The notes: generated by a model not told the origin, from the letters alone. Positions 27,350 to 36,073 are shown, counted from the stretch's first letter. The stretch is 64,000 nt of DNA from an uncultured Alphaproteobacteria bacterium (GCA_902560725.1 CACEMR010000002.1:66706-130705), one strand, 5' to 3'. Numbers and translations are program-made.

Positions 27350-27874
27350 ATGCAATTTAGTGAATACGATTTCATAGACTCGAAATCTTTTGCTGGAAAA
27401 ATAATCTTAACTTCATTTCCAGGATTAAATGAAAATGGAATATTTGATGTAAGTCATTTTAATAATGAACTTAATCTTTTTAAAAATAATAACTGCAGCT
27501 CCATCACATCGTTTGTTGAAGATAATGAATTTGAAAAATTATGTGATAAAACTTTATTTGTAAAAAATATTTATGACCACAAGTTGCATTGGTATCATCT
27601 ACCAATTTACGACATGGGAGCACCTGATAAAGATTTTAAATACAAATGGGAAACAACAAAGGTACTCCTTAAAAATGAATTAATAGATGGAAAAAATATT
27701 GTTTTACATTGTCGTGGTGGTAAAGGACGAGCAGGAACAATAGCTGCAATTTTACTTCTAGAATTTAATTATCCTAAACAAGAAGCAATTGATTTAGTTC
27801 GATCAAGGCGAAAAGGAGCTATTGAATCAAAGATACAAGAAGACTTTATTTTTGCTTACCGGGCAGTAAATTAA
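27350..27874 (+). CDS. Cysteine-based (CX5R) dual-specificity/KAP-like phosphatase
   Basis: Active-site loop VLHCRGGKGRAGT (HCX5R). The general-acid candidate is PIYDMGAPD. Its ATG directly abuts the TAA of the PhnZ-like gene. Confidence 0.7.
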   Translation: MQFSEYDFIDSKSFAGKIILTSFPGLNENGIFDVSHFNNELNLFKNNNCSSITSFVEDNEFEKLCDKTLFVKNIYDHKLHWYHLPIYDMGAPDKDFKYKWETTKVLLKNELIDGKNIVLHCRGGKGRAGTIAAILLLEFNYPKQEAIDLVRSRRKGAIESKIQEDFIFAYRAVN

Positions 27875-28923
27875 AACGAAACAGTTAAATTAAAAATATT
27901 TTCTAAAACAAATAAAATAATCAATGATATTAGAGCTGCAATTATAGGCAGCGTAACCCATCCCATTGATATTCTTCCCGCAATAGACCATTGCACTTCT
28001 TTTCCTCCTTTTAGGAGCCCAATTCCAATAACACCTCCAACAACAGCTTGCGAACTGGAAACAGGAACAAGAGGAATAGAGGGAAGATTAATAGATTGAA
28101 GAAAAGCACTAATACCCTGAGAGGCAAATAAAAATAAAACGATCGAATGAGAAATAACAACAATAAAAGCTGCTACAGGAGACATCTTTAATAAATCATT
28201 TCCAACAGTATACATGACTCTCTTAGAGTAAGTGAATACACCTACTGCTATGGCTAAACCTCCAAGTAAAAACAATTGTTCTTTCGAGGAAAAAATAAAT
28301 ACGTTGGATATATTAATATCAGTAAATGGGGAAATAGGAACAAAGACACCCATAACATTGGCAATGTTATTTGCACCCAAACTATATGCTCCAAATGCAC
28401 CAGCAAGTAGCAAGGCTGTTCTTGTATATGCATCAAGTCGTAAAATATGTAATTTTCTATTTAGAATAACTCTTTTTGTAAAAGTAAATAAACCCATTGC
28501 GATTATACCTGCAATGATTGGGCAAATTATCCATGTTGCTAAAATTGTCATTAGAACCTGGATGTTTGTTGACGATCCTGTATATAAATTCCAACCAACT
28601 ATAGCTCCAACAATAGCTTGCGTTGTAGAAACTGGCAGTCCAACTTTGGTCATTAAGTAAACAGAAACCCCTGCTGCAACGCAGGCAGCAAAAGCACCAG
28701 GTAATGCATTTATTGCTCCAAGCTTCCCAAGTGTTTCTGTTGTTCCAGCACCACTTATGATTGCTCCAAGTATTACAAATATACTACACACTATGGCAGC
28801 ACTTGTGAAACTTACCATTCGTGTTCCAACCGCAGTACCAAACACATTAGCAGCATCATTTGCTCCAAGAGACCAGCCTAAAAATAAACCACCAAATAAA
28901 AAAATTAATATTGTAATTTCCAT
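27871..28923 (-). CDS. pit: Inorganic phosphate transporter, PiT family
   Basis: Duplicated PHO4 signatures GANDAANVFGTAVG / GLPVSTTQAIVGAIVG and GANNIANVMG / PVSSSQAVVGGVIG. Preceded by its DUF47 partner. Confidence 0.9.
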   Translation of the reverse strand: MEITILIFLFGGLFLGWSLGANDAANVFGTAVGTRMVSFTSAAIVCSIFVILGAIISGAGTTETLGKLGAINALPGAFAACVAAGVSVYLMTKVGLPVSTTQAIVGAIVGWNLYTGSSTNIQVLMTILATWIICPIIAGIIAMGLFTFTKRVILNRKLHILRLDAYTRTALLLAGAFGAYSLGANNIANVMGVFVPISPFTDINISNVFIFSSKEQLFLLGGLAIAVGVFTYSKRVMYTVGNDLLKMSPVAAFIVVISHSIVLFLFASQGISAFLQSINLPSIPLVPVSSSQAVVGGVIGIGLLKGGKEVQWSIAGRISMGWVTLPIIAALISLIILFVLENIFNLTVSF

Positions 28924-28930
28924 TTAAAAA

Positions 28931-29593
28931 TTAAACTGAACGTTTAATAGCGTAGATTTGTACCTCATCAGCAATATCTTCTGCTTGATCACAAATACGA
29001 TCAATTTTTTCAACAAAATATCGAAGATGCATTTTTTGATCTAAATTTAGCTCTGAGTCAAATATTTTTCTAGCAAGAGAGCTAAATTTAATATCTGATT
29101 CTTTTTCATAAAAAGTAACTTTGTGTGCATTATCTCTTACTGATTTAATATCACGAAAAAATGAACGAACAGTTAAACATAATGACTCAACACAATTCAC
29201 AACAGTTTCAGTTAAATCAACCAAGTCCTCGTGAAACTCTTTTGGAAAATTAGGTTTTTGAATAGAGAAGTGATAACAATTACCCTGATACATTCCAATT
29301 AATTCATCCAGATGTTCTAAAACGCGCAATACATCACTTCTAGCATCAGGAATTAATGTTTCCTCATATAATGTGTGCTCAACATCTTTGGTAATTTTAT
29401 CTGCCTTACTTTCCATTTCTTTTACTTTCTCAACCATCTCTTCAAATTTTCCATTTGCCGAATGATTAAGATAAGTGGGAACGATAGACTTAAATACCAA
29501 ACCAACTTCAGAGACAATATCAACAAATTCGTCTATTTCTCTCTCTAGTTTTTTGGTTTCTCCAAACAATGATGTGCTCTTTAATCCAAACAT
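28931..29593 (-). CDS. DUF47/TIGR00153 PhoU-like Pit accessory protein
   Basis: 220-aa helical protein (ESKADKITKDVEHTLYEETLIPDARSDVLRVLEHLDELI), 7 nt upstream of pit. This is the usual DUF47-PiT pairing. Confidence 0.8.
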   Translation of the reverse strand: MFGLKSTSLFGETKKLEREIDEFVDIVSEVGLVFKSIVPTYLNHSANGKFEEMVEKVKEMESKADKITKDVEHTLYEETLIPDARSDVLRVLEHLDELIGMYQGNCYHFSIQKPNFPKEFHEDLVDLTETVVNCVESLCLTVRSFFRDIKSVRDNAHKVTFYEKESDIKFSSLARKIFDSELNLDQKMHLRYFVEKIDRICDQAEDIADEVQIYAIKRSV

Positions 29594-29631
29594 TGGGCGC
29601 TTATAGAACTTTTATAAAAAAAATAAAGAAA

Positions 29632-29649
29632 TGTTAAATTTTTGTTAAA
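29632..29649 (+). promoter_or_regulatory. Candidate Pho-box-like perfect direct repeat TGTTAAA-tttt-TGTTAAA (11-bp period)
   Basis: Lies in the 123-nt divergent spacer between the DUF47-pit operon and the 75-aa membrane gene. TAATAT starts 7 nt after the repeat on the + strand. Confidence 0.25.
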
Positions 29650-29716
29650 ATTTGATTAATATCTTTATGCTTAAGAAAGGTATATTAGACATAATTTAGA
29701 GAAATTAGGAGTATTT

Positions 29717-29944
29717 ATGACAGATACGTCAATTAATAGAATAAAGTGGTTTAGCACGGTTTTAATCTTGTCAGGAATTTTACTGACTAACTTAAATGCA
29801 TATCCTTATAATATAGTTATTCATGGAACAGGTGCAATTGGTTGGTCAGTAGTTGGATATATGACAAGAGATAAAGCTTTATTAACAAACTTTGGATTAC
29901 AATTACCGCTTTTTCTATTTGGCTATGTTTATTTATTTGTTTAA
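29717..29944 (+). CDS. Small (75-aa) integral membrane protein, unknown function
   Basis: Two or three hydrophobic helices. AGGAG lies 7 nt upstream of the ATG. I do not recognise the family. Confidence 0.5.
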   Translation: MTDTSINRIKWFSTVLILSGILLTNLNAYPYNIVIHGTGAIGWSVVGYMTRDKALLTNFGLQLPLFLFGYVYLFV

Positions 29945-29958
29945 TTTTTTTAAATTAA

Positions 29959-30981
29959 TCAAGTAATTAAGCTTCCACTATGCGCATCGATTTGTGATTC
30001 TAGAAATTCAGAAGCACAATCTTCCCATGTTAACTTTAAGGCAAAATTCCGACAATCTTCTCTTCTAACTTTTAACGCTTTTTCAACTGACTTATTTAAA
30101 TTTTCGTCAAGAGTATTTAATTTTGGATCTATCAAAATATCTTTTGGGCCAGTAACTGGAAATGCTGCAATTGGCGTACCACATGCCAGAGATTCAAGTA
30201 TAACATTTCCTAAGGTGTCGGTTTTAGAAGGAAATACAAATACATCTGCATCTGCATAGTATTGAGCTAGTTCTTCTCCTTTTTTTAATCCAACAAAATT
30301 TACTCGAGGATATTTGTTACTATATTTTTCTAGCTCAGGACCGTCACCGACAACAGTTTTTTTAAAGCTTCCCTCAAGTTTTAAAAAAGCTTCAATATTT
30401 TTTTCAATTGCGACTCTACCAATATATGTAAGCTGTATTTCTTTATTTGATCTATTTCTTTTATTTGAATTAAATAATTTTGTATCAACACCCCTCTTCC
30501 ACACTTTTAAATTTTTAAAATTATATTTCTCCAATTCTTTAATCATAGAATTTGATGGAACTAGTACATTGACAGACTTATCATGTAATCTTCTTAATAA
30601 TGAGTACGTGAAGGTTTTTGGGATATAGGCTCTTTGTTTAACATAATCAGGAAAACGAGTGTGAAAGGAAGAAGTGTATTTTAAGTTATTTTTAATACAA
30701 TATTTCCTTCCAGCAAAACCAACAGGACCTTCGGTAATTATATGAACAATATCAGGTTTATAATCTTTAAAAAACTTATCAGTAATTTTTTTAGTGTTAT
30801 AGGATATTTTGATTTCTTTATACCAAGGATAACTAAAGTTACTGAACATTTCTGGATGAAGGATTTTTATTTGAAATCCTTTTTTTTCTAAAATAGGTAT
30901 AATGCTTTGGAATGTGGTAACAACACCATTAACTTGTGGAACCCAGGCATCACTTATTAAAGCGATTTTTTTACGCTGCAT
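29959..30981 (-). CDS. agt: GT4-family glycosyltransferase, probable diacylglycerol glycosyl/glucuronosyltransferase (Agt-like) of the P-stress lipid-remodelling pair
   Basis: N-terminus KIALISDAWVPQVNGVV and the C-terminal ADVFVFPSKTDTLGNVILESLACGTP (GT4 E-x7-E region). Overlaps the plcP stop by 11 nt. Confidence 0.75.
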   Translation of the reverse strand: MQRKKIALISDAWVPQVNGVVTTFQSIIPILEKKGFQIKILHPEMFSNFSYPWYKEIKISYNTKKITDKFFKDYKPDIVHIITEGPVGFAGRKYCIKNNLKYTSSFHTRFPDYVKQRAYIPKTFTYSLLRRLHDKSVNVLVPSNSMIKELEKYNFKNLKVWKRGVDTKLFNSNKRNRSNKEIQLTYIGRVAIEKNIEAFLKLEGSFKKTVVGDGPELEKYSNKYPRVNFVGLKKGEELAQYYADADVFVFPSKTDTLGNVILESLACGTPIAAFPVTGPKDILIDPKLNTLDENLNKSVEKALKVRREDCRNFALKLTWEDCASEFLESQIDAHSGSLIT

Positions 30982-31783
30982 CCTCTTTTAATTTTTTCTT
31001 CTCTTCAAAAGAAATTAATTTTAATTTTTCTCTTTCTTCAGGCCAATTTAAAATTGATAGATTCCCAACATCATCTTCAACTAATGCTGTACAACTTTCA
31101 ATCCAATCACCATCATTACAATATAGAACACCATTTAACTCTTTTATTTCTGGTCGGTGAATGTGACCACAAATAACAACATCAGCATTTTCTCTTCTTG
31201 CCCGGTCAGATACAGCAAATTCAAAGTTACTAATAAAATTAGTTGCATGTTTGGTTTTCTTTTTCAAATATTGAGAGAGAGACCAGTAAGACAAACCCAT
31301 CTTTCTTCGAACAAAATTAAATACATTATTTAATTTTAATAAATATTCATAAAGGGCCGACCCAACTTTAGCTAACCATCTCGCATTTATAATCACAGCA
31401 TCAAACTCATCTCCGTGCGTAATAAGAACTTTTCTTCCATCAGCTAATTGATGCCTATCTTCATTTTTTATTGAAATTTCTCCAAAAGAAAAATTTGTAA
31501 AATCTTTTAATACTTCATCATGATTTCCTGGGATAAGCACTACCTTAGTTCCATTTTTAGCTTTCTTTAAAACTTTTTGAACCACGTCATTATGTTCTTG
31601 AGGCCAATACATTTTCTTACGCATGCGCCATCCATCAACAATGTCGCCAACTAAGAATAAATATTCTGAATCTGTTTCTTCTAAGAATTCTAAAAGCATG
31701 GAGCTTTTACATCCACTTGTCCCAAGATGTGTGTCTGATATCCAGATTGTACGATAATATTTTTTGTTAGTTACAAACTTCAT
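30971..31783 (-). CDS. plcP: LpxH-like metallophosphoesterase, probable phospholipase C PlcP (phospholipid to diacylglycerol under P limitation)
   Basis: Motifs WISDTHLG, VGDIVDGW, PGNHDE, THGDEFD, GHIHRP. Pairing with a downstream GT4 gene is the arrangement described for plcP-agt in marine alphaproteobacteria. Confidence 0.75.
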   Translation of the reverse strand: MKFVTNKKYYRTIWISDTHLGTSGCKSSMLLEFLEETDSEYLFLVGDIVDGWRMRKKMYWPQEHNDVVQKVLKKAKNGTKVVLIPGNHDEVLKDFTNFSFGEISIKNEDRHQLADGRKVLITHGDEFDAVIINARWLAKVGSALYEYLLKLNNVFNFVRRKMGLSYWSLSQYLKKKTKHATNFISNFEFAVSDRARRENADVVICGHIHRPEIKELNGVLYCNDGDWIESCTALVEDDVGNLSILNWPEEREKLKLISFEEKKKLKEDAA

Positions 31784-31878
31784 TTAAATTTACAAGAGCG
31801 TCTATATACACAAAACAGACATTTTATAATATAATTTATTTGCATATCTGCGTAATGTAATAGATTAACAATATATAT

Positions 31879-32376
31879 ATGGCACAAAAACTTTGGTTCA
31901 AAAAAAAATCTCCCCTTCACGGTTCCGGTTTATTTGCCAAAAATGACATCAAAAAAGGCTCAAAAGTTATTCAATATATAGGGGATAAAGTCACAAAAAA
32001 AGAGGGCGACAAAAGAGCTGACAGACAAATTCGAAAAGCCAAAAAAGATAAAAATAACGGAATGGTCTATGTTTTTGAACTAAACAAGCGATACGACATT
32101 GACGGTGATGTTGATTATAATTTTGCAAAATTTATTAATCACTCATGTAATCCTAATTGTGAAGTAGACATCATAGATAATGAAATTTGGATTTCTTCTA
32201 TTAAACGAATAAAAAAAGGAGACGAACTTTTCTATAACTACGGTTATCCTTTTGATACTGATTTTGTGGATCACATTTGTAAGTGTGGTTCTAGAAATTG
32301 TGTCGGTTATATTCTAAGTGATAATGATTGGCCTAAATTAAAAAAAGAACTCAAAAAGAAAAAAGGTAAACTTTAA
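31879..32376 (+). CDS. SET-domain protein (putative lysine methyltransferase) with post-SET Cys cluster
   Basis: GSGLFA, NHSCNPNC, ELFYNYGY and the post-SET CKCGSRNCVGY; a K-rich tail. Confidence 0.8.
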   Translation: MAQKLWFKKKSPLHGSGLFAKNDIKKGSKVIQYIGDKVTKKEGDKRADRQIRKAKKDKNNGMVYVFELNKRYDIDGDVDYNFAKFINHSCNPNCEVDIIDNEIWISSIKRIKKGDELFYNYGYPFDTDFVDHICKCGSRNCVGYILSDNDWPKLKKELKKKKGKL

Positions 32377-33332
32377 AAACCGTTTGGTATCAAAACATAA
32401 TGAATTGATAAAACAATTCCAACAGATACTGTTAATCCAAAAATCATTTTTAGAAAATCTTTTCCAATTAAAGGAAAGACATAACGAAGTTTGTAATCTT
32501 TGTTCATTGTAGAAATCGCAAGTTCTCTTCCACATAATAAACCAACAAAGACCCATGTAGTTGACATTGGAATATCATTGTATTGCTTAAAGTAGAGTAG
32601 AATGATTGCATAAACAAAATCTATTATAGTGGCTGAACGAGTATAACGTGTTCCAGTTTTTGAATAGACAACTCTTTGAATACGTCCACCTCTGTCCCAA
32701 AAGATATAAAATAATAGAACACTTAATAAAGCAATTATTGCTATTAATAGATTGAATGGAAGTTCACGAGGAAGAAAAACAGCTATGTTCGCAATATCAT
32801 GACTTAACCAAGTGTACCAAAGAAAACCAGTTGTACACCATTGAGCTATTACCCATGGTCTTTTGTGTTTATCTTGAACTTTGTCAAATTTTTCGTTTAT
32901 AAAATAGCTTACACCAATCCAAACCATATACGCTATCATTGCTGCTAATCCGTATCCAATTACAGATTTCATCAGAACTTTTTCTAATACGACTGTTGAT
33001 GCAAAAGCAGACAAAACTAAAAAAGTAGTAGATACTGGAATTCCACCTCTTGTAAGAAGTACTAAAATTAATGGAGCACCAGCGTGGTACCACTGAATAG
33101 TTTGATATGGAATTTTATTTAAACGTCCAAAAGTAATATCACCATCGTTAATGGTCCATCCATATATAAGAGTAAATGCTAGTACAGCAGAGCCAGCAGT
33201 AGCTAACCAGTACCATTTAAAACGTTGGTTTGAAGCTATAAATGTTCCAAGAGTTTGAACAGAGTCATTGGCAATAACAGAATATGCCGCAAGCCCAAAA
33301 CCTATAACTGTATAAATTAAGGTTAATTCCAT
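32373..33332 (-). CDS. Divergent PiT-superfamily (PHO4-like) membrane carrier, substrate uncertain
   Basis: Degenerate copies of both PiT signature pairs: IANDSVQTLGTFIAS / GIPVSTTFLVLSAF and SHDIANIAVF / DIPMSTTWVFVGLLCG. No DUF47 partner. Confidence 0.55.
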   Translation of the reverse strand: MELTLIYTVIGFGLAAYSVIANDSVQTLGTFIASNQRFKWYWLATAGSAVLAFTLIYGWTINDGDITFGRLNKIPYQTIQWYHAGAPLILVLLTRGGIPVSTTFLVLSAFASTVVLEKVLMKSVIGYGLAAMIAYMVWIGVSYFINEKFDKVQDKHKRPWVIAQWCTTGFLWYTWLSHDIANIAVFLPRELPFNLLIAIIALLSVLLFYIFWDRGGRIQRVVYSKTGTRYTRSATIIDFVYAIILLYFKQYNDIPMSTTWVFVGLLCGRELAISTMNKDYKLRYVFPLIGKDFLKMIFGLTVSVGIVLSIHYVLIPNGF

Positions 33333-33516
33333 TTTTGAACCTTATAGTTTTTAGAATTAGATTCGAAAGATAATTGTTTTGATATGAAAATAAAATAATA
33401 CTTCTGTAACAAATCTTTAAAATAAGAACCGTAAGATCTGCAGTTTATAGCTTTGGGCATAATTAAGCCCTAAAATTCACTTATACAAATCACTTACCAA
33501 ACTATAAAACTATCTT

Positions 33517-35064
33517 ATGAAGAGTCTTTTTAGATCATTCTTTACTGTAAGCTTCTATACATTTTTAAGTCGGGTATTAGGTTTTATCCGCGATATATTA
33601 ATAGCAAGATATCTTGGATCGACAGTAATTGCTGACGCATTCTTCGTAGCATTTCGTATTCCTAATTTTTTTCGGCGTGTCCTCGCAGAAGGAGCATACA
33701 GTGCTGCATTAATCCCTGTTTTCTCTGGTGTTGTTCTCAATCCAAAAGATGACCGCGAAGCATCAGACTTTGTCGAGAACACTACCTCAATGCTACTATT
33801 TGCTACGGTAGTTTTAACGATCCTTTTTTTCTTTGGCATGCCGTATATCATTCAAGTATTAGCCCCTGGTTTTACCGATAATAAAGAAGCGTATGAATTA
33901 GCCGTCCATTTTGGAAAAATTATATTCCCCTATCTTATCTTTATTTCTCTTGCTGCTCACTTTGCTTCTATTAATAATGTGCATGAACGATTTGCAGCCG
34001 GTGCTTTTGCTCCAGCAATACTTAACATTAGCTTTATACTTTCCTTATTTATCTTAACTCCATTATTACCAAGTGCAGGACACGCATTATCGTACGGAGT
34101 GCTTATTGGAGGTGTTTTACAATTTTTATATTTATATCGATCTGTTCTAAAATTTTATCGACCTCGTCTTCGTCTTCCTGTTTTAAATGAAAAGCTGAAA
34201 AAATTTTTTACATTATTTTTACCAGGTCTTGTTGGTTCGGGAGTTATACAATTAAATATTGTTGTTGGAACTATCATTGCATCTTTCCTACCAGTGGGTG
34301 CTATCAGTCATATATATTATGCTGATCGTCTTAATCAGTTGCCACTTGCTATTTTTGGTATCGCATTAGGTATTGTTCTATTACCGAGTTTATCAAAAGC
34401 TATTAAAAGTTCTAATCAAGAAACAATTCATAATATTCAAAACAGATCTATAGAATTTTCTTTATTAATTTCTTTACCATCAGCAATTGGATTATTTATT
34501 TTAGCCGAACCGATAATTTATATTTTATTTGAGCGCGGTGCATTTTTACAAGAGGATACTTTTTATACCGCTAGAGTTCTTGGATACTTTGCTTTAGGTT
34601 TACCAGCGTATATAATTATTAAAGTTCTTGTTTCTTGTTTTTTTGCAAGAGAAGATACAAAAACACCACTTTATATTTCCATTGTAAGTGTCATTAGTAA
34701 TATTGTGCTCTCCTTATTATTGATTGAGTCAATGCGTGAAATGGGTATAGCTTTAGCCACCGCTATAAGCGCTTGGGTCAATGCTTTATTACTTTATGTT
34801 ATGTTGTCTCTAAGAAATAACATCAAATTTGACAGTCAATTAATAAGTAATTCTATAAAGATTCTAATAAGCTCCATAGTGCTCGTTTTAGGGATATACG
34901 GCTTAAAAGTAATCATCTTTGAGGATTTTATTAGTAATTCAATTCTTCTAAATTCTTTATTTTTACTTCTAACAATCTTTTTGACTATAATTATTTATCT
35001 TGGCTTAGTAATTATGTTAAAAGTTGTGACCATTAATGAACTAAGACAATATTTAAAAAAATAA
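33517..35064 (+). CDS. murJ: Lipid II flippase MurJ (MviN)
   Basis: N-terminus [36 protein letters not shown]; 14-TM MOP-family protein. Confidence 0.9.
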   Translation: MKSLFRSFFTVSFYTFLSRVLGFIRDILIARYLGSTVIADAFFVAFRIPNFFRRVLAEGAYSAALIPVFSGVVLNPKDDREASDFVENTTSMLLFATVVLTILFFFGMPYIIQVLAPGFTDNKEAYELAVHFGKIIFPYLIFISLAAHFASINNVHERFAAGAFAPAILNISFILSLFILTPLLPSAGHALSYGVLIGGVLQFLYLYRSVLKFYRPRLRLPVLNEKLKKFFTLFLPGLVGSGVIQLNIVVGTIIASFLPVGAISHIYYADRLNQLPLAIFGIALGIVLLPSLSKAIKSSNQETIHNIQNRSIEFSLLISLPSAIGLFILAEPIIYILFERGAFLQEDTFYTARVLGYFALGLPAYIIIKVLVSCFFAREDTKTPLYISIVSVISNIVLSLLLIESMREMGIALATAISAWVNALLLYVMLSLRNNIKFDSQLISNSIKILISSIVLVLGIYGLKVIIFEDFISNSILLNSLFLLLTIFLTIIIYLGLVIMLKVVTINELRQYLKK

Positions 35065-35065
35065 A

Positions 35066-36073
35066 ATGGAAAAACCAACTAAAAGAATTCTATCAGGTGT
35101 TCAGCCCTCTGGCGATTTACATTTAGGAAATTATCTTGGAGCTATAAAAAATTTTGTATCACTCCAAAAAGAATATGAATGTTTCTTTTGTGTAGTTGAC
35201 CTACACGCCATAACAGTATGGCAAGATCCAAAAGTGTTAGCAGATAAAACACGAGAAGTTACAGCTGCATTTATAGCCTCAGGTATTGATCCCAAAAAAA
35301 ATAATATTTTTGTTCAATCTCAAGTTCCTCAACACGCACAACTTGCTTGGTTATTTAACTGTGTTGCACGAATGGGCTGGTTAAACCGTATGACACAATT
35401 TAAAGATAAAGCAGGTAAAAATAGCGAGAATGTTTCTGTTGGTTTATTTTCTTACCCAACACTAATGGCTGCAGATATTTTAATATATTTAGCAACACAT
35501 GTACCTGTTGGTGATGATCAAAAACAACATTTGGAATTAACAAGAGACATTGCTCAAAAATTTAATAATGATTTTGAAACAGATCTATTTCCAATTCCAG
35601 AACCCTTAATTTTTGGTGAAGCAACAAGAGTAATGAGTTTAAGAGATGGTTCAAAAAAAATGAGTAAATCAGATCCATCAGATTATTCTCGAATTATGCT
35701 AACTGATACAGCTGATAATATTATCCAAAAAATTAAAAAAGCAAAAACTGATCCTCAGCCACTGCCTGACAATACAAAAGATTTAAACTCCCGACCTGAG
35801 GCAGAAAATCTAATATCTATATTTGCTTCTTTGAATGATAATTCGATTGAAGCAGTAATTTCTGAATATGCAGGAAAAGAATTTTCACTGTTTAAAAAAG
35901 ATTTAGCTGATTTAGCAGTGTCGAAATTAGAGCCTATAACCTCTGAAATGAATAAATTAATGAGCGATATTTCATATATCGATTCTGTTCTAAACGACGG
36001 AAAAGTTAATGCTATTAATGTTGCAGAACCAGTTTTGGCGAAAACAAAAGAAATTATTGGATTTTTATCCTAA
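35066..36073 (+). CDS. trpS: Tryptophan--tRNA ligase
   Basis: Class I signatures: [11 protein letters not shown] (HIGH-type) and KMSKSDP. Confidence 0.95.
   Translation: MEKPTKRILSGVQPSGDLHLGNYLGAIKNFVSLQKEYECFFCVVDLHAITVWQDPKVLADKTREVTAAFIASGIDPKKNNIFVQSQVPQHAQLAWLFNCVARMGWLNRMTQFKDKAGKNSENVSVGLFSYPTLMAADILIYLATHVPVGDDQKQHLELTRDIAQKFNNDFETDLFPIPEPLIFGEATRVMSLRDGSKKMSKSDPSDYSRIMLTDTADNIIQKIKKAKTDPQPLPDNTKDLNSRPEAENLISIFASLNDNSIEAVISEYAGKEFSLFKKDLADLAVSKLEPITSEMNKLMSDISYIDSVLNDGKVNAINVAEPVLAKTKEIIGFLS

Noticed and set aside
28232-28660. 142-aa ORF (plus a 60-aa ORF at 28254..28436) on the track
   Set aside because: Both lie entirely inside the PiT gene, which has textbook family signatures: the 142-aa ORF is antisense and the 60-aa ORF is same-strand in another frame. 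There is no SD, and the sequence has no recognisable motifs. They are most likely frame artefacts.
30314-31160. 104-aa (30314..30628) and 74-aa (30936..31160) plus-strand ORFs
   Set aside because: They are antisense to the agt and plcP genes, both of which show complete catalytic motif sets. There is no independent coding evidence.
31804-31821. TGTCTGT-tttg-TGTATAT 11-bp-periodic repeat on the minus strand upstream of plcP
   Set aside because: The half-sites share only TGT, and the element ends just 20 nt from the plcP ATG. That leaves no room for a -10 and a leader in classical Pho-promoter geometry. It is too weak to call.
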